Below, in pieces: positions 29,327-39,044 of a stretch of DNA of 60,264 nt (the stretch's first letter is position 1; each line of letters opens with the position of its first letter). The position numbers and the translations under genes were made by a program. The stretch lies in NCBI GenBank assembly GCA_943788915.1, contig CALSSD010000002.1, positions 1 through 60,264 of the forward strand. Direction: 5' to 3'. Source of the stretch: an uncultured Acidimicrobiales bacterium (GTDB lineage Bacteria; Actinomycetota; Acidimicrobiia; Acidimicrobiales; UBA10347). The notes under the pieces were generated by a model that saw only the letters and a program-made list of their open reading frames with translations, made no database searches and was not told where the DNA came from.

Positions 29327-32162
29327 GTCGGCGAGGTAGGTGGGGGCTGTGGGTTTGAGGGGGCGCGCGTACCAGAGTGGACGGCGCAGAGTTGTTCGGG
29401 CCGGGGCCCGGACGAGTCTTTGCCAGCCATTCGAGGTAGGCCTCACGCGACTTGTTGGTATCGACCACAACGTCGCCGTATTGGTCGCCCTTTTCTGCTG
29501 GCGTTACCCGGACCCGCTGGTGCCAGCACTGCATTCCGGAGATCGGATCAGGCTGGACAGCGAACGTGAGGTTCTGATGCACGCCGGTGTCGTTCCACCA
29601 AATGCGCTCGGTGTCGTTGTCCTTGCTCTTCCACTTACGAATGCCGTCGGTGCGGTTGAGCTTCCAACCGCCCTCGCCGTCGTCGGTGATCGTTGCCTTG
29701 CCAGCGCCCCACGACCGAGCCTTGTCTTCCTCGACCCGCCAGCGACCCATATGGTGCGACGCGGCAACGATGCCGGGACGTATGCCTTCGGTGCGCCAGG
29801 CCTGAATCACGAAGTGGCCAATACGGGTGCTGATTCGCACCAGGCCGTTCTCGTCGATGCCTAGCTTCTCGGCGTCTTCAGGATGTATCCACAGCGGATG
29901 TCGGTGCGAGATCTCCGACAGCCATTTGCTATTGGCTGAACGGGTGTGAATCAACGTCGGAATCCGGAATGTCGGCAACAGAATTCGTTCGTTGCCTTCC
30001 ATGTCCATGTCCTGATGATGCACATGAGATGGGATCCACTTCGGCGTGGCGTACTCGGGCCAGCCCCACTCAGCCAGCGTGGTCGAGTACAACTCAAGCT
30101 TCTTGGATGGCGTAACGAAGCCCTCCTTGAGTTCGCCGTCGATCTCGATGGCTGGTGAACCGTCGCCAAGCGAGTCGAGCGTGATGTCGGCGAGCGTCTC
30201 AGGCGAACCGTCCCAGGTGCCGGGCGTGCCAGGCTTGCGGTATACGCCTGAGCTGTCCTTGTGCGAACCCTCGACTACGGATGGATCGACTGAGCGCTCA
30301 TAGGGTGTGGTCTGGTCGCCTTCGATTGCGAATGCGCCCCGGTTCCGCATGTACTCCAACGGCGTTTCGCCAGCAGCAGCGGCAGCTTCGGCCAGGCCAG
30401 GCACCGAGTCACGGAACATGATCTCGTAGTACTCATCGATGCCGATCGGGCTGCCTGGATTGGCTTCGCTCTCGAACCACTGACGGATGCCCATTGAGCC
30501 GTCGGGATCGATACGCCATGACAAGTCGATCCAGAACTCGTTCTCTTCCCAGACTTCGCCGGGGTTGTACTCGTGGGTGCGTGACTCGGCAGTGACCACG
30601 GCGCCCTTGCCTCGAGCTGCCTCGATCTCGGCATAACGACGGAACACTGGCTGGCGAAACGCAATCCAGCGGCCCGAGTGTGTCTCGTAGCTGACAACAT
30701 CGTGACGCTCAGCGCCTACGCCCATGGGGAGTACGTAATCAGCGAACCAGGCTGTCTCGCTCCACGTAGGGGTGAGCGCAACATGGCAGTTGACCAGAGA
30801 TTCGTCCTTGAGTGCTTCCATCCAGGTGAACCCATCAGGGTTCGTCCAGATCGGGTTGTAGACACGGGAGAAGTAGGTGTCGAGCGTGCCCCGGCCCTCC
30901 TTCAGGAAGTGCGGGAGCAAGATCGACATCTCGTGGTAGCTCAGGGGATATTCCTCCGGCCATTCGAGGTGATTCCACTTGGTGATCTTTGGGGCGCCGA
31001 TTGGGGCCTTTGGTGCAAACTTGTTCCAGCCATTTCCGCTGGTTCCGCCGACCGTCGCTACTGAACCGGTCATCACCGCGATGAAGAACAGGCACCGAGC
31101 GACCTGCCAACCGCCCTCGTTACCTGCGCCCGCAGCGCGCCAGTTGTGTGACGCAAACTTGGTTGGGTGGTCACCGATGATCGTGGCGATCTCGCGGATC
31201 TTGCTGGCTTCGATGCCGGTGATGCTCTCGGCCCGTTCCGGTGTGTAGTCGGCGTAATGCGCCTTAAGTGCTCCCTCGACCGAGTCCCATTCCTGCGGCA
31301 CGTCAGGGAACTCTTGGGCAAGGAAGGTCTCCCAGTTCACCCACCGCTTGACGAAGTCACGATTCCACGTGCCGTTCTCGAGCATCTGGTGGATGATCGA
31401 GAGACAAAGGAACGGCTCGGTGCCGGGCCAGGTGGGCAGCCAGTGATCGGCCTTGGACCCGGTGTTCGACAGCCGAGGGTCACACACGATGACGGTTGCG
31501 CCCTTGGACTGGGCCTCGATGATGCGTTGTGCGTGGGGATTGAAGTAGTGACCTGACTCCAGGTGCGCCGAGATCAAGAAGATGACTTCGGCGTTGGCAT
31601 AGTCAGCCGACGGCCGGTCGTGGCCCATCCAAGACTGGTAACCAATACGGGCATTCGATGAGCAGATGTTGGTGTGGCTGTTGTGCCCATCGACACCCCA
31701 TGCCTGCAGCACTCGGTTGGTGTAGTTCGTCTCGCCAGGGCGGCCAACGTGATACATGATCTCGTTGTTGCGTTCTTCTTGGATCGCCTTGCGGATCCGA
31801 GCGCCGATCTCCTCGAGTGCGAGATCCCAGCTGACACGTTCCCATTCGCCGCTGCCCCGCTCGCCGACCCGCTTCATCGGGTACATGACGCGCTCGGGGT
31901 CATAGACCTGGTTCAGCGTTGCTGGACCTTTGGCGCAGTTGCGGCCACGGCTAGCAGGGTGCTCAGGGTTGCCTTCGATCTTGTCGATCTCGCCAGTTTC
32001 CTGGTTGAAGTAACACAGCAGCCCACAGCCGGCTTCGCAGTTGAAGCACGACGTCGGGACCAGGGTGTACTTCTTCTCGACCTTGGTTGGCCATGCTTTG
32101 GCGTCGAACTCAGTCCAGTCGTGCCACTGCTCATACGGCGGATAATTCGTAAGATCAGTCAT
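29324..32162 (-). CDS. Molybdopterin (Mo-bisPGD, DMSO reductase superfamily) oxidoreductase catalytic subunit, no Tat signal; +1 indel at ~29391
   Basis: CFNCEAGCGL...GRNCAKG [4Fe-4S], YPMKRVGERG, HNSHTNICS, DPRLSNT, WSETAWFADYVLP, IHTRS; corrected tail LRRPLWYARPLKPTAPTYLAD*; SD AAAGGA. Confidence 0.9.
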
Positions 32163-32291
32163 GGTGTTTCCTTTGTGGCTGGGCACTGGCCGTGACCGTT
32201 GAAGCGGGCACTCGAACACAGGGTTTCGGCGAGGAACGAGTCGAAAGCCGGGCTACCCGCAATCGCAGCATCGCTGCGCCTGGGCTGCTCT

Positions 32292-32616
32292 GCGGAGCGG
32301 TGCAACACAGGTAGGAGCGAGGGACGAGCGGGCGGAGCCGACGCAGGAGGCGACCAGAACAGGTCCAGCCATGTCCGACGAACGTCGGCCCCAGCGGAGC
32401 GGTGCAACACAGGTAGGAGCGAGGGACGAGCGGGCGGAGCCGACGCAGGAGGCGACCAGAACAGGTCCAGCCATGTCCGACGAACGTCGGCCCCAGCGGA
32501 GCGGTGCAACACGGGTAGGAGCGAGGGACGAGCGGGCGGAGCCGACGCAGGAGGCGACCAGAACAGGTCCAGCCATGTCCGACGAACGTCGGCCCCAGCG
32601 GAGCGGTGCAACACAG
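32292..32616. repeat. Tandem array of three near-identical 102-bp units plus 19 bp
   Basis: Unit starts (GCGGAGCGGTGCAACAC) at 32292, 32394, 32496, 32598; one A/G difference seen. Confidence 0.95.
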
Positions 32617-32619
32617 CGC

Positions 32620-34176
32620 TCATGACAGTGGTACAGACTGGCCGGCGCGGACGAAGGAATCCTCGTAGGCGAACATGCCGATCAAGGCGGAAACTCCAGC
32701 AACTGCAGCGATCCCTGCACCGATGTCAGTGCTGAGTGCAATGATCACGAGCACTGCAGGAATCACGATGCCGAGCAGGACACCGCCGAACCAGAACTGT
32801 TGCGAGTACGCACCGTGCGTCATCTCATGGACAGCAAGCTCAACATGTCGGCTTCCTTTTGAGGTGAGCTCGATAGCGATGAGTGCGGCAGTTGCAGCGA
32901 GCCCACCAAGCAGACACCACTGGACTGCTTGTCCTTCAGGGACGTCGATGAACAGGTCCAGGATGGCGTAGGTCGCTCCACCAGCGGTGACGGCTTGTGC
33001 CAGAAGTGTCGGCAACAACAGCGGCGTTTGCCACAGGTCGCGCCCCTCGCACTGTCCAAACAAGAATGCGGTGTACCCGGCGGTACCGAGCGCACCGAGG
33101 ACTGCCGGAATTGCAAGCCCCTTGAGCAGGCCGCTCGACCCGGCGAGACCGCCGACGAACCACAGGCCGCAGACCAGTGCAAAGGCCATCAGGATGTACG
33201 CACCCTTGACGAGCCACGACTCCCAGCTACCACGAGTGATCAAATAGTGGAAGCGGCCAGGCTGTTTGAGGTCGGTAATCAACAAGATGCCGGTGATACC
33301 GAGGAAGATGCCGGCGATGACTGGCGGGGCGACACCGACTGCAGCCTGCTCGTCGGCGTGACCCATGAGCACAAGCAGCGCCGCAACCAGCATGACACCA
33401 GCAGCGACAGCCTTGGTCACGAGGTAACCCGAGACTTTTGCTTTCCATGTCATCTGGTGGGCGGTGGTGTAGGCCGTGCGTGCGACGACGCCGTCCTCGT
33501 CGGTTGGTTTGGAACCAAGTGCGACCGGTACCGAAGGATGGCTCTTGCCACCAGGATCACCAGCGAACAGGCGGTCAGCCCAGATCATGCCGTCGTTTGA
33601 CAGCGCACTCCGTGTTGGGTCGAGCGACGCTTGGTCAGCTCCCTTGTAGAACACCTTGGGTTTGGTGTTCTGCTCTGGCGAGCGAACTGCAGTTTCGTTG
33701 CGCGCGATGATCTGATTGATTTTGCTGTGGGGATCATCGAGATCGCCAATGGTGATTGCCTCGGTTGGGCACACGACCTGGCACGACGGCTCCAGGCCTA
33801 CCTCGACCCGGTGGTTGCACATATTGCATTTGTGTGCAGTGTTGGTCTCGGGGTTGATGTAGAGCGCATCGTAGGGGCAGGCATTCATGCACGACTTGCA
33901 GCCGATGCAGTTGTCGTCCTGGAAGTCAACGACACCGTTGTCGGCCCGGAAGAGCGCATTCGTCGGGCATATCGCCATACAAGGTGCGTCCTCGCATTGG
34001 TTGCAACGCATCACCGAAAATTTGCGTGCAACGTCGGGGAACGTGCCCGTCTCGATGTACTTGACCCACGTCCGGTTCACCCCCAGCGGCACGTCGTGTT
34101 CACTCTTGCAGGCGATGGTGCAGGCATGGCAGCCAATGCAGTTGTCGCTGTCGAGCACAAAGCCCAGTCGTGTCAT
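32620..34176 (-). CDS. Fused four-cluster ferredoxin (DmsB/PsrB-like) plus NrfD/PsrC-like membrane anchor
   Basis: CIGCHACTIAC, CNQCEDAPCMAICP, CIGCKSCMNACP, KCNMC...CQVVCP, then about 8 TM helices with DLKQPGRF. Confidence 0.92.
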   Translation of the reverse strand: MTRLGFVLDSDNCIGCHACTIACKSEHDVPLGVNRTWVKYIETGTFPDVARKFSVMRCNQCEDAPCMAICPTNALFRADNGVVDFQDDNCIGCKSCMNACPYDALYINPETNTAHKCNMCNHRVEVGLEPSCQVVCPTEAITIGDLDDPHSKINQIIARNETAVRSPEQNTKPKVFYKGADQASLDPTRSALSNDGMIWADRLFAGDPGGKSHPSVPVALGSKPTDEDGVVARTAYTTAHQMTWKAKVSGYLVTKAVAAGVMLVAALLVLMGHADEQAAVGVAPPVIAGIFLGITGILLITDLKQPGRFHYLITRGSWESWLVKGAYILMAFALVCGLWFVGGLAGSSGLLKGLAIPAVLGALGTAGYTAFLFGQCEGRDLWQTPLLLPTLLAQAVTAGGATYAILDLFIDVPEGQAVQWCLLGGLAATAALIAIELTSKGSRHVELAVHEMTHGAYSQQFWFGGVLLGIVIPAVLVIIALSTDIGAGIAAVAGVSALIGMFAYEDSFVRAGQSVPLS

Positions 34177-34233
34177 GGTGTCCATGTGACCATAGTCACG
34201 CCCGCTTGGCTAGAGGCCTAACCCAACTAAGGC

Positions 34234-34250
34234 CATAGCTTTAACCTATG
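34234..34250. promoter_or_regulatory. Putative LysR recognition box (T-N11-A palindrome)
   Basis: CATAG-ctttaac-CTATG in the divergent spacer, overlapping the -35 region of the lysR promoter (TAGGCT 34268-34273). Confidence 0.7.
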
Positions 34251-34279
34251 ACAAGGGCACCAGGCTGTAGGCTCACTCG

Positions 34280-35185
34280 ATGCCTCTAGGTCCGTCGTTC
34301 CCTGAGCTTGCGTCGCTCGATCTCTTCGTCTCCGTGGTCGAACTTGGCAGCGTGTCTCGCGCCGCTGGGGCACACGGTGTTGCGCAGCCTTCAGCAAGTA
34401 GCCGGCTGAAACACCTTGAACGTCAGCTCGGAATGACGCTGCTCGAACGTAGCCCATCAGGTTCGGTCCCCACCGACGCTGGTGTTGTTGTAGCTGGCTG
34501 GGCCGAAGCCATTCTGCGGTCCGCTCATGAACTTAAGGCCGGCTTGCAGGCGTTTCAGGCCGAACAGTCCGGGCGGCTCCGTATTGCCGCCAGCTTCACT
34601 ATCGCCGAGTACTTATTGCCGCAATGGCTTGGCCGCTTCGCCCGCGCTCATCCAGGCGATTCCGTCGCTCTCGAGGTAGCAAATTCCACCTCGGTGATCG
34701 AACGCCTCCGAGATGGCGGCGCTGACCTTGGCTTCATCGAGACCACATCGAGCCTGCCAGATCTCGAAGAGCAACTTGTGGGCACCGACGAACTGATCGC
34801 TGTTGTTGGACCGACCCATCCGTGGGCGAAACGACGAACGGTCCCGGTCGAAGCCCTCGCCGCCACTCCCCTAGTCACTCGCGAAGCCGGTTCTGGCACC
34901 CGAGAGGCGCTCGAGGACGCACTCGCTGCTCTCGATCTCGGGCCGCCGACCGCGGTCCTTGAGCTGGGCAGCACATCAGCCGTCCGTTCTGCGGTTCTCG
35001 ACGCCAATTCGCCAACGGTGATCAGCCGTCTCGCAGTCGCAGCCGAACTCGAGACTGGTTCGCTCGTCGAGATCGAGGTCAAGGATCTCGCCATCACCCG
35101 CAGCCTCCGGGCTGTCTGGCCACACCGTCAACCGCTGCCGCCGCTCGCCGCGCAACTCCTCGACAGTCTTGGCCTAAGCGCCTAA
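34280..35185 (+). CDS. LysR family regulator, CysL/YeiE-like
   Basis: HTH GSVSRAA...QPSASSRLKHLE; AASFTIAEYLLP, NSTSVI, DLGFIE, REAGSGTR, ELGSTSAVRSAV. Confidence 0.9.
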   Translation: MPLGPSFPELASLDLFVSVVELGSVSRAAGAHGVAQPSASSRLKHLERQLGMTLLERSPSGSVPTDAGVVVAGWAEAILRSAHELKAGLQAFQAEQSGRLRIAASFTIAEYLLPQWLGRFARAHPGDSVALEVANSTSVIERLRDGGADLGFIETTSSLPDLEEQLVGTDELIAVVGPTHPWAKRRTVPVEALAATPLVTREAGSGTREALEDALAALDLGPPTAVLELGSTSAVRSAVLDANSPTVISRLAVAAELETGSLVEIEVKDLAITRSLRAVWPHRQPLPPLAAQLLDSLGLSA

Positions 35186-35223
35186 CCGAACAGGGAAAGG
35201 CGCACTCGCCCGAGCAACCAGTA

Positions 35224-36984
35224 CTACCGGATCAGTTCCGTTATTGCAGGCGGCGGGAAACGTACGATTCGATCCCATTTGGGAGCTATCTCAAGAAGCC
35301 CGTTGCCCTGTGCCGAGGCCCTGTTGGCGATGAACTGCGCCTCGATGCTCGCTTGGCCGCCGTTGCCAGTGTAAACAACGGTGGCCAATGGCGTGAAGAA
35401 CACGCCTTCAAGAACAAGCGTGGCTGATCCAGCGAATCCGTGGTCGAGTGTGCTCTCGGACCACAAGGCCAGGTTCGTGAATGGCCCTTCGAGCGGAGCG
35501 CTCCATACTAAGGACCCTGCGCCGCCTCCGAGCTTGAGTGCTGAGGTGGATGAGAGGTACACCAGCGTGTTCTGCATCTCGAGCGTCGCACCTGCGCTTT
35601 TGTCGAGTGTCCCTCCCTTAAAATACATAAACGCCGCTTGAGCCGAGTGTTGCGTGTAGTCCATATCCAAGGTCGAGCTCCAAAGGTAGGTCGACGTGTT
35701 GTTCGTATTGATCTGAAGCGAGCCTTGGGCTCCGACTGTCACATCTCCTTCGAAGATGATGTTTCCTCCCTCAAAGATCAGCTCACGGAATACACGCAGA
35801 TCAGGGCAGTCAACGATCCAGTTTCCTTCCGGTACAACAATTGGGTCACTGCTTCCGTTGATCTGGCAGGGAAAGCGGGAGTCCGCGTTGTACCGCCTGA
35901 ACGAGTTGTAGGCCTCCACCGAGTTGCTCAATTCGTCGATGTACGGTGTGCGGATAGATGCTTCGCTGCAACCCCGGATCTCATAGCTCACCGGGTAGGT
36001 CTCTTTGCAGTTGTACAGGTAGTCGATCGGCGCCCGGGTAAACCGGCGAGGGCTCTTGACCGGTGGTGGAGTGATAACTCCACCGCTCGTACAGGCTGGC
36101 AGATTACAGCCGGGTGCACCGGGAGCGTGCGTCTCGAGCCGACCGCACCCCATTCCAAAGCCCGATGGTTCAACCTCGTTGGCGCATCCTGGCGGCCCAT
36201 CGGCACGAATGGTTGCACCCGCCCCATTCGCATGGATGGTTCCCCGAGAACTACAGCTCGATCCGCTGCCATTCGAGTCGAGGGCGATCCTTCCTGGGTA
36301 CACCTCACCCGTCTCAGGATCCGTCACAGACGAGACAGTGATCCCACCCGACGAACCGCCACCGCCGATCGACAACGCTTCGCATTCGGTTCGTTCAAGC
36401 AACAAAAGGTTAATAACGAGGTCGCGGCCGTATGCGTCGCTGACTCGAGCGACCGAATGCACCGAAGTTCTGCCCACAGACTGGGCCGTGACCGCCCGGA
36501 AAAATGAACTCCGCGTCGCTTGGATTCCCACACCGAATCGATCACAGCGATCGCCATCGGCTTCGCTTGAGTCTTGGATCGCCGCACTCGTACTTCCGGC
36601 AGACATCATCGGATCGTTGTCTCCCACTGGGTGGGTAATCGTCACGGTCAACCCACCGGAGGCACCCAGCGTTGACGTCGACAGCGTCATTGCGTCGCAA
36701 TCCACCGGAAAACCAGAACACGAAAGGCCCGCTACCGGACCCACATGTGCTTCGACATAACCCAGCGCTGCCTCGCAACCGCCCACACCACCTGAATCGA
36801 CAAGACCAATAACTCCTGCGGCCGCCGCAGCGTCGGTGACAACCTGGTTCTGCGCTCGATCCACACGAGCCGACCCCAGATCTACTACTAACGCACCCAC
36901 GAGCAAAATGGCTCCCAAACCAGCAGCACCGATTGCGAGAATCGCTCCCCGATCGCTGGTCATGGCCTGACGTAGAAACCCCAT
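35224..36984 (-). CDS. TadG-like pilus-associated protein with a large C-terminal beta-rich domain
   Basis: DRG|AIL prepilin-like start, VVDLG...AQNQVVTDAAAAAG Tad motif, Cys-rich body. Confidence 0.75.
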   Translation of the reverse strand: MGFLRQAMTSDRGAILAIGAAGLGAILLVGALVVDLGSARVDRAQNQVVTDAAAAAGVIGLVDSGGVGGCEAALGYVEAHVGPVAGLSCSGFPVDCDAMTLSTSTLGASGGLTVTITHPVGDNDPMMSAGSTSAAIQDSSEADGDRCDRFGVGIQATRSSFFRAVTAQSVGRTSVHSVARVSDAYGRDLVINLLLLERTECEALSIGGGGSSGGITVSSVTDPETGEVYPGRIALDSNGSGSSCSSRGTIHANGAGATIRADGPPGCANEVEPSGFGMGCGRLETHAPGAPGCNLPACTSGGVITPPPVKSPRRFTRAPIDYLYNCKETYPVSYEIRGCSEASIRTPYIDELSNSVEAYNSFRRYNADSRFPCQINGSSDPIVVPEGNWIVDCPDLRVFRELIFEGGNIIFEGDVTVGAQGSLQINTNNTSTYLWSSTLDMDYTQHSAQAAFMYFKGGTLDKSAGATLEMQNTLVYLSSTSALKLGGGAGSLVWSAPLEGPFTNLALWSESTLDHGFAGSATLVLEGVFFTPLATVVYTGNGGQASIEAQFIANRASAQGNGLLEIAPKWDRIVRFPPPAITELIR

Positions 36985-36988
36985 CTAC

Positions 36989-37543
36989 TTACGCTCGCTC
37001 GAACCGGGCAACAGACTGGGCACTGAGAACGCCGTCGGAGGTAAAGACGGCCGTTGTCACGTCACTGTTGCGCTGCATCGAGACTTGCACTCGTCGCTCA
37101 TCGCTACCTCGACCATCCTCAAAGCAGGTGACGCCTGCGATGACAACGCGGTTGCCTGAAGTCTCGATCACTGTCAGTGTCCGATCATGGATGTCCGTGC
37201 CGTTGGTGTGTACGAATGACACACAGATTGACTGCCCGGGGGCGCTTGCGCTTAGATCTCCCGCAGCAGCATCTCGCGCCACGTCGGCTACCGAGTTGAG
37301 CCAACCCTCCAGGTCATCAGCGACCGGAAGCGTCGCCCCGTACCGTGCCGATTCGCGAGCACTGTTGTTCAGCGAGATGCTGCGGTTGTAGCTGAGACCC
37401 ATGGTGATTGTTCCCAGGACGAACATGATGAGAACGGGAGCAACAAATGCGAATTCGACGAGAAGTGCACCTCGTTCCCCACTCCGAAGCGACCGAGACG
37501 AAGCGCCCGTATCTTGGTGGCTGCGTGATGCGGAAACACTCAT
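36989..37543 (-). CDS. TadE family pseudopilin
   Basis: ERG|ALLVEFAFVAPVL...SARESARYGA. Confidence 0.88.
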   Translation of the reverse strand: MSVSASRSHQDTGASSRSLRSGERGALLVEFAFVAPVLIMFVLGTITMGLSYNRSISLNNSARESARYGATLPVADDLEGWLNSVADVARDAAAGDLSASAPGQSICVSFVHTNGTDIHDRTLTVIETSGNRVVIAGVTCFEDGRGSDERRVQVSMQRNSDVTTAVFTSDGVLSAQSVARFERA

Positions 37544-37920
37544 GATGCAATCTCTACAATTCGCTAGGTTCCTGTGACCGCCGGTCGGCTCGTACTTACG
37601 AGTAAGACATACGACAGTCATCTTGGGTATGGGATAGCCCATATTGGGCACTGATTTGGGCTGGCGGTCTCATCTCGCGCGACGTCTCGTCAAAAAAGGC
37701 CTATTCCAGCAGGCCGTTAGATCTAGGCCATTCGTCGTTGATGGGTGAAGTTTCGCACCCAGGATTGGCCCTCGGCTCTGCTCCGCCCGAACTACCAACG
37801 CTGACCTCGAGAACAGCAGTGAGATGTCTTGCCACACACTCGTAACACATGGCCAACACTGCGGAAACACCCACGCGCTTGACTATTGCCATGGCACGCA
37901 ACAGCGAGGCGTAGCCCTGA

Positions 37921-38062
37921 CAGATCAACTGATCGGATCGATGTTCCCCCCGAGATGGTCAGAACTGATTTGTTGCCATAGTCGTCAACTTGAGTTCCCC
38001 CCGAGTTGGTCGAGAGTGTTCTTGTCTCCCCGTCACCTCCCGGTGGCGGGGAGACAAGACGT
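37921..38062 (+). ncRNA. Candidate 6C-like small RNA: two C-rich-loop hairpins plus a terminal hairpin
   Basis: Hairpins 37929-37962 and 37982-38013 each carry GTTCCCCCC at the loop; 18-bp stem 38020-38059 follows. Confidence 0.5.
38020..38059. terminator. Strong hairpin, terminator-like
   Basis: TCTTGTCTCCCCGTCACC-tccc-GGTGGCGGGGAGACAAGA (one G.T pair). Confidence 0.65.
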
Positions 38063-38117
38063 TCTGGCCGGTCCTTTTGGTGTCGAGAGAATGGGCCCGG
38101 CCCCGTAGGCTCAGCCC

Positions 38118-39044
38118 ATGAATCTCGCTATCGAGGTAAACGGCCTGACGAAGTCGTACAAGACCAAGTCAGGCGACACCATCGACGCAGTCAAAGGCAT
38201 CGACCTGCATGTTGCTGAAGGCGAGATACTCGCCTTCCTCGGCTCCAACGGCGCTGGCAAGACGACCACCATCGAAATCCTCGAAGGCTTCCGCGACCGC
38301 ACCGCTGGGGATGTAGTGGTACTTGGCCAAGACCCGCAAACCGCACCTTTGTCATGGCGGGAAGACATCGGGATCGTGTTGCAAGAGTCTCAGCCCGATG
38401 CAGATCTCACGGCTCGTGAAGCGGTGGGGATGTATGCGTCGTATTACGACGCTCCTCGTCCGGTCAATGAGGTGCTGCAGATTGTCGGCTTGGGCGACAG
38501 CGCTGACCAAAGAACCAAAGCCCTATCAGGCGGCCAGAAACGCCGACTCGATCTAGCGATTGCGCTTGTTGGTGACCCCAAGTTGATCTTCCTCGATGAA
38601 CCAACCACCGGCTTTGACCCCTCTGCTCGTCGCGAGGCATGGGAGATGATCGAGCATCTGCGCGATGTCGGCGCCACCGTGCTACTCACCACCCACTACA
38701 TGGACGAGGCTGAACATCTCGCCGACCGCATCGTGGTGATCAGCGGCGGCGTCATTGCGGCCGAAGGAAGTGCTGCCGATCTCGCCGACCAGGTCAAACT
38801 TCACACTCGTATCAGCTGGGACGCCGCCGACGCACCGTCCGACGCGGTACCCGCACCGTTTCGTTCGTCGCTCGTGACCAGCGCCAATGAGATTTCCATC
38901 GAAACAACCGAGGTGACTGAAGTCGTACATGCGTTGACCAGTTGGGCAACAGCGAATAACCGTCGGCTAGACTCGCTTTCGGTGTTGCGCCCGAATCTCG
39001 AGGACACGTTCTTGCGCCTTACCGACGAAGGTAGCGCCCAATGA
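38118..39044 (+). CDS. ABC-2 type exporter ATP-binding protein
   Basis: GSNGAGKTT, LSGGQKRR, IFLDEPTTG, TTHYMDEAE. Confidence 0.95.
   Translation: MNLAIEVNGLTKSYKTKSGDTIDAVKGIDLHVAEGEILAFLGSNGAGKTTTIEILEGFRDRTAGDVVVLGQDPQTAPLSWREDIGIVLQESQPDADLTAREAVGMYASYYDAPRPVNEVLQIVGLGDSADQRTKALSGGQKRRLDLAIALVGDPKLIFLDEPTTGFDPSARREAWEMIEHLRDVGATVLLTTHYMDEAEHLADRIVVISGGVIAAEGSAADLADQVKLHTRISWDAADAPSDAVPAPFRSSLVTSANEISIETTEVTEVVHALTSWATANNRRLDSLSVLRPNLEDTFLRLTDEGSAQ

Noticed and set aside
32292..32616. CRISPR array
   Set aside because: Units are identical end to end with no unique spacers, and no cas genes are present
32159..32735. Repeat-protein ORFs (154, 178, 107, 84 aa) across the tandem array
   Set aside because: Several frames on both strands stay open only because the stop-poor unit is a multiple of 3; the 58.2-kb copies do not preserve a peptide
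37879..37910. Sigma-54 promoter (TGGCACG...GC)
   Set aside because: GG to GC spacing is 9 rather than 10 nt and TTGC is missing
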